Below are positions 1-13,000 of a stretch of DNA of 46,126 nucleotides, piece after piece. Made by a program: the position numbers and the translations under genes. The DNA is from Rhizaria sp. SCN 62-66 (Eukaryota), in NCBI GenBank assembly GCA_001724265.1, contig MEDY01000311.1, positions 1 through 46,126 on the forward strand, in the 5' to 3' direction. Under the pieces are notes generated by a model. That model saw nothing but the letters and a program-made list of their open reading frames with translations, was not told the origin of the DNA and did no database searches. The number at the start of each line of letters is the position of its first letter. Within the stretch, counting starts at the first letter, position 1.

Positions 1-7
1 CGCATAC

Positions 8-89
8 CTTGATTTGTAGGCGCAACCTGCAGATGGGGAGGCTGGGGGTGCCACAGAGGCTGCGGCGGCCGAGAGAACTCAGAGGTCAT
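8..89 (-). CDS. Possible first coding exon of a divergent gene running off the left edge (MTSEFSRPPQPLWHPQPPHLQVAPTNQ...), product unknown
   Basis: On the minus strand, ATG at 89-87 is followed by 27 open Pro/Gln-rich codons plus G, then G|GTATGCG, a donor resembling the other donors in the window. No homology recognised. Confidence 0.4.
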
Positions 90-385
90 GTCTACGAAGC
101 CTCTTCATACAATTTGATTTTAGTATTCACACCAAAATAAAATAAATACGAACGATATTAACTTTTTTTCACATTTAAGGATGGGAACAAACATCAATCC
201 TGGAGATGAGCCAATCCGCCTGTGTCTGGCACACGGAAAGAGTTTACGGACGGGACTGTAATAAGCACACTTAGGCTTATAATAATATTGCGGAATTGCT
301 TCAATAGCGTGCCCATCATCCTGATCCGTAAAGGAAAGTGAGAGAAAATCGAGAATATATTTGTGAATTTCATCTGCACTTCGGC

Positions 386-421
386 AAAATGGCGTGGCGT
401 TTAAAAAATGGCGTGGCGTTT
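386..421. promoter_or_regulatory. Tandem 17-bp direct repeat AAAATGGCGTGGCGTTT (386-402, 405-421) in a probable bidirectional promoter; YY1-like core AAAATGGCG
   Basis: Exact repeat read from the sequence. A related AAAGTGGCGT lies at 561-570 and the reverse complement CGCCATTTTT lies at 45535-45544, upstream of RPS9. The regulatory role is inferred. Confidence 0.5.
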
Positions 422-1011
422 TTAGGCGGCTCTTTGCTTGCGAATTTCGGTGCACAACCCAGTCCCATGCTGTTTGACCTGATACAACTATTTCTACTTC
501 CTGTGCTCACGGTCACCCCGTCATTCTCGAGGAGGGGGCGGGGGGGGCGGCCCCCTTTGTAAAGTGGCGTCAATTCGTACACAAACTCATAATCTCGATA
601 TGCTGATAGATTCAAACTGTATTTCTGACTACTTTCCAGTGCAAAAAATTATTTGTGGCTGTAATCGTGAAGGATTCATCCCGTAAGTGCTCCTTCCTTT
701 TCCCGGTCCGGTCTCACCCCTCACAACTCTTCCTCTTGACTACTAATACCCTTCCCCTACCGTCAACAGCCCCGAGTGGTCTCTCACTAAGCGAGTTTTA
801 CATCAGGCTTTCGGTTCACAACTCTTTGTTGGCCTGATTTGGCTTATTCCGCCTCCCTGGAGCTCTCCTTCAAGCTCTCGCGAACGATTGCTCTTGCTTC
901 AAACCGTCACCAAATTTGTATCTTCACTACAAACCCCAAACAAGCATCTGATTGGCGTCAGATCCGTCCTTCATCCCACCATGTGGTTTAAAAATTCCAT
1001 GGTCTATCGCG

Positions 1012-4000
1012 ATGGCGCTGACCATATTCTTAATCACCCTCCTTTTAAGCACACCTGTCGATTCCACAACTGACAGGGACCACAGAAGTGGCCTCGCCCG
1101 TTCACATCAACTCCCGACTTCCCAGACTACAACAACTGCAGCCCAGTCCGTACGTTATGATGATGTCAATGTTGCTTCAGATACCGTCCCCACCCCGCGC
1201 GCGATTGATTCCACCGGCCTTGCGTCCACTACAGCGCCTCCAGCCGCAAAGTCCGCAGACGCTCGCTCAGCCGGTGGTGAGCCCGTCTCTCCCGCGCGGG
1301 CTCCTCGCGTGCGCCGGCAGTCCCCTTTCGACAAGGCCACGATGGCGCTCTACCTCGCGCAGCGCAACGCGCGCCCGGTTCAGCGGCGGCCGCCGCCGGA
1401 CCCCCGCCATCCGCTTTCCATCAAGTCGCGCACTCAGTCGAAGGCCGCGCTCGAGGTCTACAAAGCTAAGCGTTCCCGCGCCAGTCCTAATGCCAGCGCC
1501 AGCACATCCACCCGCGCTGAGGCGTCATTAGGTCTCGCAACGGTCCCTGCGTCGCCCAGCGGCGCTACACCTGCCCCGGCAGCTGTTAATACAGGTCGCG
1601 GTGCCGGCTTCAAAACGTTAGTAGTGGAGTACCCTGTGGATCCGGGTGACGGGGAGGTCCTTCCAGAGGTTCCGATTGACTGGGAGGAGGAGCCGCTCGA
1701 TCCAGAGGATCCGGGTGGCGGGGAGGTGCCGATCGATCCAGAGGATCCGGGTGACATTGAGCTCGTCGACTATGGTATCACGCAACCTCACGTTCAAGCA
1801 ATTTATTTTATTGGATCTGAACTGTACGTTACCGACGACTTGTGTAGGAATTGATATTTTACGCTCGTACATGTTTTAATTACAGCATCATCATGTGTTT
1901 GCTTAAACGCATGCCATTACTCTAGTATCACTAAATGAATCTTAATTTGCATTTGCTGACGTGATGTTCATTCATCTATCATTCTATGTCTTGGTTGTTC
2001 ACTGGCTTATTAACATCTACTGTTTCTTGTCACATTCACTTCCACAGCGATTACGACGGCTACACAACATACTACTATGGGATGACGGTTTCTTTCTCAT
2101 GCGAACAGACTACATGTACGACTGTGAGCTTAGCGTTCGTTCCTGAAGACGGCGACATGGGCACTTCTGTCCCGTTCACCTCTCGTACCACTGTTTTGCT
2201 CAGCACCGGCGATGGGGTGATCTATGAATGCGGCATTCAAACATACGAGACTAACTTCAATCACCCTAACAATGACGCATTATGGCTCCAGAATTGCGGC
2301 CTACCAAAAGGCAAGTACTTTCTCAACATCCTTGGGGCGAAGATGCTGTCAGATGTTGGCGAACACCACCCGCTTCACATGTATGACTACAACCAACGCC
2401 TTCTCGACTTCATGAACGGCGCATGGGTCATGAACACTTATATAGTCGATTTTGCCTCTGATTTTGTCTCGCATGTGTGGTTTACGTCCTCGCTCGTGTC
2501 AGCTGGCTTCTCAGCAACAAAGCTGCCCGATACTGGCGACATAATGAAGGGTCTGCAACTTGCTATCGGTAACTTTGACATGGCGATGATTAAGTACATG
2601 ACTGACATGCTTGACGCAATTGCCGTCTACGGCACGATGATGGTTATGGTTGGCCTGAAGGGTACTTCATTGCTGCATACCGATAGGCCAATCACGCTTC
2701 AGTCTCAGGAGTCCGATTTCAGTCATTCGTTTTCTGTGACACAGATGCCAATTTCATTTGACGACATGAAGACGGGGCCCGATATCTCCTCAATGGACTC
2801 TGATAAGTATGGGAGCTATGGAGAGTACACGTATCTTGCCTGGAAGTGCGGCTCGCCGATGCAAGACGATGAGTTGCCGTCACGTATGACTTTCCAGCTT
2901 GGTTACGCGCCTGGCGAGGGGGCGGCGAGCAAGAACGCTTTTTCCGCTATTGTTTGCCTTGCCTCAACAGAACGCGAACTCCTCTTGTGGACGTGCGACT
3001 CGCTCACAGATAACAACGCGGCTCCTCACGATTACACTGAGGAGGAAACCACAATCACGACTAGTCTGACGTCGGTAGAGGGCGAGTGTAGTGCCCCCGT
3101 GAATCCTAGTTTTTCATGCTCGCGTATCGAGCTTCTCGCGTTAAAGGGAGGTGATCTTGTGGCTACATCAGGAAGTTTCGGTGCTCTATTCCGCATCGTG
3201 GTCAAGCTCAGCGTTGCAGCCGTTGAGTGGGGCTTTTCATTTTCGTCCAGCTCTCAAATTATAATGGGTTTACAAAACGCCTTTCAATGCCTCCAGATCG
3301 GCGCAAATCCAAATCACATCGAGGTCCAATGCTCACTGAAACAAAATGTGATAATGGACGAACTGAGGTTTGTTGTGACGCATTTTATCCATCCCACAAC
3401 TGCAGGAACTCTTCATCCAGGACACATGTACATTAGTGCGTTTGAAGTATCTGAACCTGTGCCTTTCATTTCGTACGTGATCACAAATAGGAACACGATG
3501 TTTATCACACCCTATGAAGTCGAGAATCCCTAGATAAGTACGTCTAGGGTGTCCCGCTTCACGGCCGAGAAGGTACTGCTCTTCGGCATGGAAGATGGCG
3601 GCTCAGGAATAGGCCACCTTTATGGCGAGCTTTATGCAACGCTTGAGGTGACTGATATCACTTCCATTACCATCTTGAGCAGTATGGAATTATTTTACCG
3701 CGGATCACTGCTTTTATGGACCGTGGTGCCCGTGTCACCGACGACGACAGTGAAGTACATGAACACAAAGACGACGCTCATTGAGAATATTCCAACTGAT
3801 GGCGCACAGATTCAGCTGACGCTCCCCTTTATGATTGCCACCGATATCATTGATGATGTCATTGTACGCTTCGAGAGCGGCTTTGCAGGGCCATTGGACT
3901 TTGATCCCGAGAAAGGCTTTCCGGCTTCGGAGGTTCAGTGTCAGGAAGAGTTTGAAAATGTTATCATTGAGACGCTCAAAGGCTCAATTTTACTCAGTGG

Positions 4001-7000
4001 TACATTTGATGGACCCACACAGTTCACAAATGCGCCTGTCTTAGAGAGTTACGCGACTGCACATTTATTCTTTGCGCATGTCCGCAAGTCACGTCCAGAA
4101 CAACGATTTCTTGCACTGCAAGTCTCTGGCCTCACTAGCACCTTCCTGCGTACAAAGACCCTTGAACATGACGACGATCTCGGCATGGACGTGCTTCGTA
4201 TCTCACAACTTACGGTCCAAGTGGCTTTTAGCAGCGGCGATGTCCCGTGGCTTACTGCTCTTGCCATCGACGAAGCTGTTGAATATGAGGATGATATTTT
4301 GAATTTTGCCAGTACTAACAACGTAGGACCTGTTGGCCGCATTCCAGGGACAGCGACTGTCGGCAAAGCCTATTTGCAGAAGCTTGATGAACCGTATCAT
4401 GGGACCTCGTTTGACACGTTATTGGTTGTGCCGATTCGTGATGTTACGATCTACCCTGACTCGTTTGACGTTACGTCGCGCGCCGCAGTGCTACAGTTTG
4501 TGCTACCTGTAGATGTTAGCGAGGACGTATCCGAAGACTTAAAGTTTCATGTGCGTTTGTGGTCTGACGATTCCTGGGCGCTGCCCTGTCTGCGCCCGTA
4601 CCCATCGTCGGGGGTCTTCCAAGTTCAAGGCCGCGGCATGTCGCCGGAACTGACGACTTACCCACGCGAAGCAATTTCGGTTGTGAGCGCTCCTTCTGAC
4701 GGTTCGGTTTCGGTGTCGGAGTCGGACGGCGAATTCAGGACCACTGTCACCGTGACAGCGTTCCTCATGGGCAACGCTTGGGGTAATACGCTGCCTGAGG
4801 AGGCTAACATGAGGATTGGACTAGATAATGGCGAGACATTTCATCTTGACATCACTGTTACGTTAAGCAGCGCATGCGAAATTTATTTTGGGGCCGATGC
4901 CAAGATGGACAAAGTTGAGGCAATTGCATTAGGTGAAGAGATGACTTTTGAATCGTTTATCAGCGAGCGTAGCATCATGCTGAGGATCCGCGATGCGCAA
5001 TATATGACTGGAACGGATGGCCTTACGTTGACAATTAACGATGTTGGTGTTCCAAGCGACTCCGGCGTCTCCATTTCGGAGAATGATATCACAGTCACCA
5101 TGATTGCGTACAACAACAATCCGCGTTTGCGTGCTATGGTGCTCATGGGTGATAATACGGAGAAACTAACAGTTCTTGAAAGTGCGCAACCCCCGCTTCC
5201 CTCGCCACCGATTCTCACAGCCACGTATCTTTCCGCTACTGCGGGCACCACGGCTATCGGTGAGCTCGGTATGAAGTGGACTGCTTTTGGTACTAAGCTC
5301 TTTACTGCTACTTTCAACCCTACAGGTCCTGGTGTGTGCCAACACATCGCATCAACGTTTGCGCTTGCAGAGAGTCACATTCAAGCATACCCCGTCAGCG
5401 GAGTAGCAGCACTTGCGAAGGAAAACGTGCCCTCCTGCACTCAGACCGCGACAAACCCACCGCAGCTTAGCTGCTCGCTGGCTCGCGATACGGTTATAGG
5501 CGACTTCTCCCACATCCGGTTTCAGATCTTGATGGCTGGCTCTCTTTCATCACCATGCAACCCCTTTTGCTGGAACATTGCGGTCAATATGGATGGCACG
5601 GGTATTCAAAATGTCGTCCCTACAGTCCCTTTGGCCACGCTTACTATGCTGGCGCCACCAACTCTTGTTCTCGAGCACAACGACTGGCTTGACGAAGCAC
5701 TGCGTTTTCGCGCCAAGATCGAGGTGCCGTTTGTGGAGCAACCCATTGCGCCGAGCTATTTCACAATCTCACCCAACGTACTGACGACTGATTCCGGTAT
5801 CAAACCGACTGTGGAGACAGCATCTGGTTCCTGCGTCCACACGGGGACCTCGACAACGATTTCTTCATCTGTCCTTAACCAGCGCACAGTGGGTGTTGCA
5901 CCCGTGACACCTACGAGCTACAGTACAACGACATGTCAAATCACATTCATCATGTCGCATCTCTATTTTTCGCTCCCAAACACGCGCTTCTGGGTCTCAT
6001 TCATCGACCCGACGACAGGAAACTCGCTCTTCGGTGCTGAGATTGACCTCGACTCCTCGACGAAGCTGAAAACACCGGATCTTCGGTACACGGCGGCCGT
6101 GCATCCGATTCAGCGGAACCCGGAGGTTCATGAGCTTTGGGATGTTGACTTTGTCCTCTCGATCTCGAACCCTGGCAGCTTAAACCTAATGGCATTTGAG
6201 AACCTAATTGCAACATCTGGCATTGTCGAAATCGGGCCACTGGAAGGCATTCAGTTTTCACAAGTCAAGCAAGGCGCGCCAAATGAGTATGGATACGCCA
6301 GCAAGCTGATTGAGACGAGTGTCACTCATTACACAATTCTTGACAGCAGTGACGAATCTGTCACAGTTGAGTATAAGCTTTCATCAGCCAAACCAGATCT
6401 GCCACTGCGCGTGCGTTTGGCTGATGTCATTGTCACGAAGCAGAACATGGAATTCGCAACGACGTCACTGAAAATAAGCATCTCCCCGAACAAGCAGTCG
6501 TGGTCAATGCATCGATGTTTGCCATCTCAGTATACGTACACCTTTGTTGACTTCGCCGACTCATCACTTAAACCTTCGTTTATGCTTTTTGCTGTTGGTA
6601 GCGTCATTAACGGCGCGCAACGCGAGGCTATTCTCGACTTGATTGTGACGTTTCCGGCAATGGGCCACCTCACAGAGGACACCCCTGACAGGATGCTCAT
6701 TGCCGAGCCCATCTACTTCATCTTCGATATTGTTCCAGGCTACACAGAGACTGAGTTCACGCTTGAAGCTGTTGATGGCAATGTTTACGAGCTCAACGTA
6801 TTTACCGATGGCGCGTATCAGAATGGCAAATCAGACTACTGCATTTCATCAGACGACGTTCGCCGCTGTGTGAAATTTATGCCAGACGAAAACGGGGTTG
6901 TGTTGGATGAAACCCTCCAGTTATCTGACGGCGGTAGTGAGGTCGATATTCGCGAGGTTCGAATTGCGCGTGCGCTTAAGATCTCGATGCCGGAGGTTAG

Positions 7001-10000
7001 CGAGACACTTGTTTTGCCCGAGTCGATTACGCTCACGGTCATTACCACCCGAGGCACACTGTACTTTCCGTCCATGATTAATCAGAACGAGCCTTGGAAG
7101 TTTCATCTAGCTCCTGTGAACTACCGTAGGTCTGTGTCGTTCCGTACTTTAACGACAGCAACGGTGCCCACGGTGCATACCGTGTCGTTCTCGTTGGCGT
7201 CAATGACCGGCATGATCTGGGGCGACACAGACCTCTTTTTCCGTTCTGCACGTTCAGATCGTTACAGTTGGACCAACGAACTTCCCATGAGCCTACGGCT
7301 TAAAACATCGGTGTACTCGGGTTGGGAGTCTTGCCTAACACAGACCTCTGCCAGTGATAATTGGGGTGACCTAGGAACGACGTTCCTTCTCAACGGTTGC
7401 GCACAAAACTCCCCAACCACTGGTAATGTAACATCTTTATGTAGTAGCAACACCCCTAGCTCTGCGCTATACCTCGAGTCCACCTGCGGCACAGTCACTG
7501 GCGCACCGTGGCCCACAGGCTTTAATATGGGCACAGGAGTGGTCGGTGTCCCCTACCATCCGTGGAATGGCGACAAAATTGAGTTCTCGATGCTTACGGG
7601 TCCTCAAGCGTCATACGATACGACGAAGTACACGTTCACGATGACGACACCGGTGCCAGTGGGTGTTCTCTACACATATTTTAATGCCACAGTGAACTAC
7701 GATGTTACGTTTACCTTTTCACTCAATTCGGCCATTACTGATGCGGCATATCTGCCTTCTAAGCTTTCGAAGCTCCGTATTTCATTATCATCAGATTGTG
7801 CTACCAAGGCTATGATGTTCAGTTTTGAAAACACCACGGTATCGTCTCCGTCCAACACCTGGAGCTGGATGTTTGAAGAATATGTTCCCACCACCATTTT
7901 GGCGACCCCAAATGCTGCTCTCCCGATCTTGAGTACATCACAGCAATTGACACTCCATAACTTTGTCTGGGTCTCCAAATACTCCGATGCGGTTTCATCT
8001 TGGCCACGCACAGCGTCGAGCTGCTTCTCGCTTAGTGTGTACTACCGTGACCCCGCTGACGACTTAATTACGAGTGTGCTTCTCACGGCTCCAACCCAGC
8101 CCAATTTCGTCAATCCTCTAGTCTCTGAAAGCCCCCCGTTTATCAAAATTGCGCCAGCAGGTACTGCGAAGGTTACGGTTCTTAACGAGTATGAGGAAGG
8201 AGGCGTACAGTACTACGACATTAGTGCAACACTTTCGTTTAGTATCACGTCGAGTGCCCCCATTGTTGGCCTTTTCAATTTTGCAATTGTTTCAATGCAA
8301 GATGAATTTACTTTTGGATACTCAAACGAGCCTGCTCCAAGCCTTGTCACAACTCAGCCTGATAACATTTTTGCTTCTGAATGCTCAATTGATATTGAAG
8401 AATTGGGGATTGTGCAGTTCTTGTGCACAAACCACCCAAATGCACCTGCTTTTAATCACCTCATGGAGATTAAGCACTTTGTTCTCAACGGAACCAAGGT
8501 GCGCAACACAACCATCAGTGGGGAGTTTTTCTATCTCGACACCCGGTCGATTTATGATGGTGTCTCTGATGCAATCTTCCAGTCTATTCTATATGTCAAT
8601 GAGCCGAGCACGTCGCCTTATGCGTCCGAAACCAATAACCGGTTCACTATTAGCGTGCTCTCGCGTCGGCTTGCTGCTCAGCCGTCCGACCCCACCGACA
8701 TCTTCGAATACGACGTTGATCTGGAGATCGTCATTCCAGCGCTTCAAGATATTGGTTCTGGGGACCCGCTGAATATGCGTTTTGTTATTGAGGAGGACGC
8801 TAATCTATGCGGGGTTTTCGATTTCTCACTTGTTGCTTCGTTTCCCAATCACTTGACTGCGGCACAGGTACCTACCTGGGTCACGACGGTCGACACAACG
8901 ACGGGCTTCTTGATGGGAACCAGCACGGGCACTCTGCCTGCGGAGGTTTTCATGCCCTCTCCATTCGTAATTACTCTCTCTGGGCTAAAGTGGACTGTGC
9001 CGCCGTCGTTCTTGGCCAGCGGTGCAATGATGACCCTGCCCGCTTCGTGCATCACACTCTACGAAACACATTCGAGTCTGCAATACGTCACTTTCACTCC
9101 CCACGACATGAATGCACCCGCGTCACAGACGGACCAGGTGGGCTTTCTGATCACAATGGCTGGTAATGCAGTGTCTTATGAGTCTGAGCTGCATGGCGTG
9201 TCTCGCGGCGACTCGCTGACATTGGCAATGGAGTTTACTCTTAATCTCGCTTTCTACTCCATTGCTGCGCTGCCGACAGTGATATTTAAACCAGAGGTGC
9301 TTATTAATGTTAACGATACGATGTGTGACAATCTGTACTTGTTCGACTCTTATGAGACACCTGACCGACCGGACGTCACAGCTGATTACAGGTGCGCGCC
9401 TGATGTGGCGGACACTACAGTCAACGATCATCAAGTTAAAGCCTATGTTGCGCCCGGCTGTGGCGCCGTTCTAACAGCACCAATTGTTAAAAAGCTTTAC
9501 ATGAATACGCGCCTTGTTGCGCTTTTCAACCATTTGCCGACGATCGAGTTCACAAACTGTCTTCGTGTGCGCGTAGGTGACTATCTCTTGCCACCGCTCC
9601 GCACTGTGGCACCACAGCTTGGCGAGAACCTGTGGTACCGTGCGGGTGTGAATCAGATTGTGCCTAATTTCTCCACATTTACACCCGACGAGCCGAACCG
9701 TGTGAGCGTGCCTGCGCAGCTGACGTATAAGTTTGCGCTGGTTTTCTGGCCGAGCGTCGCTGCAATGGATTTTACGACACCCGTGACATTCTCTATCCGC
9801 GGTATGTCCTCTACTTGCACTGCCCAGTTTAACTTTTCTGGGGCGTCAATCAACGCACAGATTGAGGGAGCATTTCCTTACGACACGGGCTGCACACACC
9901 AGGCAGTTAATGCGACAGCCGTGTACGCCCAGTGTGGCAACAGCAATCCGCGTATTGGCGTCAACCAAATGCTCACTCCAGTTGGTTTTACACTTTCTCT

Positions 10001-13000
10001 ACCGTTTGTGGGGAAGTGGACAGATCTTGATAACGCCGCCTTTTTTGACACAGATTGCTTCACAATTGAGGCTTTCTCGTCGACTGGCGTTAAGCTTATC
10101 ACGACTAACTCCGCCGTCAAGAAGTTCTCAGTCACACCGTTCCTGCCCCAAGCATATTTCTGGCTCCAACCTCGACTGTTCCGCCCCACGACTGATGGAA
10201 GCATCACACTGTTCTACGATGTGTACACTGTCATGTTCAACGACTGTCCTGTGTCAAATAACTGCACATTTGCGCTTGACATTACCCCGTCACTTAGCAA
10301 GCCTGAATGTTTGTCGATGGCACTTGTGCAGACGAATGGGGACTTTGTACCGATGGGTAACGGCCGGCTTACGGCTGCTCAAATCGCACTGATTGGAGCG
10401 ACATCAACATTGAGCACGGTAACGCACCCCAGCTATCCTAACGTCGAGGCCGTCGCCTTCGCGTTTAACCCGTATGCGGCGACCAACAATATTCCTCTAT
10501 ACCGTATTGAGATGTCACTGGGTCTACGTATCAGCACGAGTGTCTTGATGAGCGCTGGCTTTTCAGTGCCCAACACCTGCTTTAAGATTCATCCCACCGT
10601 GCCGACGCTTTTTCAACATTCTGTCGAAGACTCTGATAAACTTCCTGACTATGACGGTGCGGGCGTGCTGAGCGGCATTTTTGTTGCCTCTGAGGCTGTT
10701 CTTCATTCATCTGTCAGTTTTCACAATGCATCATCAATTGCATACCGCACACGCAGCTCTGTTCTCGAGGCTGTGTTCACAGTGAGTGTGCAACTTGAGC
10801 TTATGGGTATCGTTAATCCGGCTAATACCGTCACAATCAAGGACGCTGGGTTGCGGTTCGATTTCAGTGCCACCACTGTTACAGGTGGCTTCACTGTTGG
10901 CGCAGCAACGAATAAGTCACACTTGGTACTTGTTCCAACAAGCGCTCTTTCCAACGTGCGTGACAGCGTGATTACGCAGCATATTACGCTAACGAACGTG
11001 ATCGTGGATTTGTCCCAGACCTCAGACCGCGTGTCTGCGACCGACCCGCTTGTGGTGCGCCCATCCTTTTACGTCCTCACGACTGGCGACCCCACAGGCA
11101 GCAGCCGCACGACGTCCGAGCTGATGCTGCGCGACGCTAACACAAAACAGTTCTACTGGTGGGCTGGTGTCAACGCTAAGAAGATGCATAATGGAAATTG
11201 GCGCGAACTAAGTAAGGTTCCATACTTCACGTACCTTACTCTGCATATTGTTAACCTTGGCGAGTCCATCGCCCGCAAGGCTGAGTTCTCAGTTACGATC
11301 GAGTGCAGCTTCCTGGTCACCTCCACCGATTATGAGCTCGAGTTCACACCTGCTAGCACCTACATGTCAGCGTCTAGTGAAATTTCAATTTACAATTCGT
11401 TCCTCGACGGCGCCAATCTTATTGACATCGACGCGTCGTGTATTACTCTGGCGTACACTTCATCGAACGTGTCGACGACCATTGACACTGATTTTGTGCC
11501 TGTATTGAGTGCCAACTTTGCCGACCCAGGCGTGCCAAAACTACCAAACGACGGTGTTTCGACTGAAGTGTATGCTATTGTGTATCCGTCCGCGGTTTTT
11601 AGCCATATCTCGACACCGCTGGATCCATCGTTGAACGATGCACGAATTGCCGTAACTCTTGAATTCCTTTTGTTCACCTTTTCCTACCAGAACATGGCTT
11701 CCAAGACAATCACGATTACCCTTCTCGGGAACATGGCTAATTTAGTTGATTCACTTGTACCTAGCATCATCTCCTCTAATCATGTCGTCACAAATCTCCA
11801 TCCTTCGGCAGAGTCGCTCTCCTGTGCCTCGGTAAACGTCTCAGGATCCACGTTGACACTGAGCGACTGTAATAGTTTCGGTAACTCCTCCGAGACCGGT
11901 TACACCTACGTCAAGCCGCAACAACTGCGCGTGGGATACTTTGTGACGCAACATTCGACATACAAGGCTGCAGCGTACGATAGCTCTGGAGAGGATGCCG
12001 CCACTATTGATGTGAATGGTCACATTACGCGGGCTCTCAACGACAAGATCCGTTATCCATTTCTTCACATCGATATTGCGCCGCTCGCTTTCCCGTTTTT
12101 GCAGACCAAGAAGCTCTACAGCGCTATTGGCAGTGAGTTTGTTGCGGACGTTGTGTTTGGATTCCACTTAATGTACTTCCGCCCGCTGACTGCATACACG
12201 CTTGAGGTGACGTCATTACCACTACCCGATGATGCTGCTGGTGTCATTGCATGTGCCACTTGCGGGAGCGGTGTCACCGTAAGTTCTGGCGCCGGCAAAA
12301 CGACAATCAATGTTGTGGGTAAAACCACAGCGTTTGACTTGTGGTCAGACACGGTGACAATCAACTCGCACCGTCCTTATTTGGACAAAACTGATTACGA
12401 CGAGTCCTCTCTCTTGCAGCTCAACATGTTTGGCATGATGGTTGAGGATGGCACGTCGACAAGTTTACAGTCAAGCGATGTGCCTGCGACTGCGTCATTC
12501 ACATTTTACCGACGCGCGCCAGTGTTTAACTCAAGTCACGAATTTGATTTCGCAATTACACTTGCAGATATCTCATGGTCAGGAGGCGAACTTAGCAGTG
12601 CTTTCACTCTGCACCTGTTTATGTACACCGATTTCGGCCGACCGTATTTTTTGAGCAATGATTCAACTGATGAATGTGGTCACCCGAGCTTTAATTTCAA
12701 CGGACTAGTTGCGATGACTGATCTCACGCCGATATATGGTGATTGTGATTACCCCGCGCAAAGTACATTCACGTCGCTTCAGTCAATTGATTCCTGTTCG
12801 GATGGCATAGTTCCGTATTTTTCTCTCGTTTTTGGTGCGAACTCATTCTTGACAAACGCATTCAGGTTTTCAGAGTTAAAGGACGACAGCGAGATTAAGA
12901 GGACTTGCTTTTCTCTTTCTGATGACACGTGGGACTATTCTTCTACGCTTTTGAACAACCTGCAGGTCGGTGAAGTACCTAATGCCTCTTACTTCACTTT

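Noticed and set aside
3473-3547. Possible small in-frame intron removing TAG #1 (GTACGT at 3473 to AG at 3538 or 3547; 66 or 75 nt)
   Set aside because: The donor matches the local consensus, so this is not excluded. However, there is no pyrimidine-rich 3' end, an earlier out-of-frame AG (3533) would have to be skipped, and it is far shorter than the four confident introns (154-415 nt). RNA-seq is needed.
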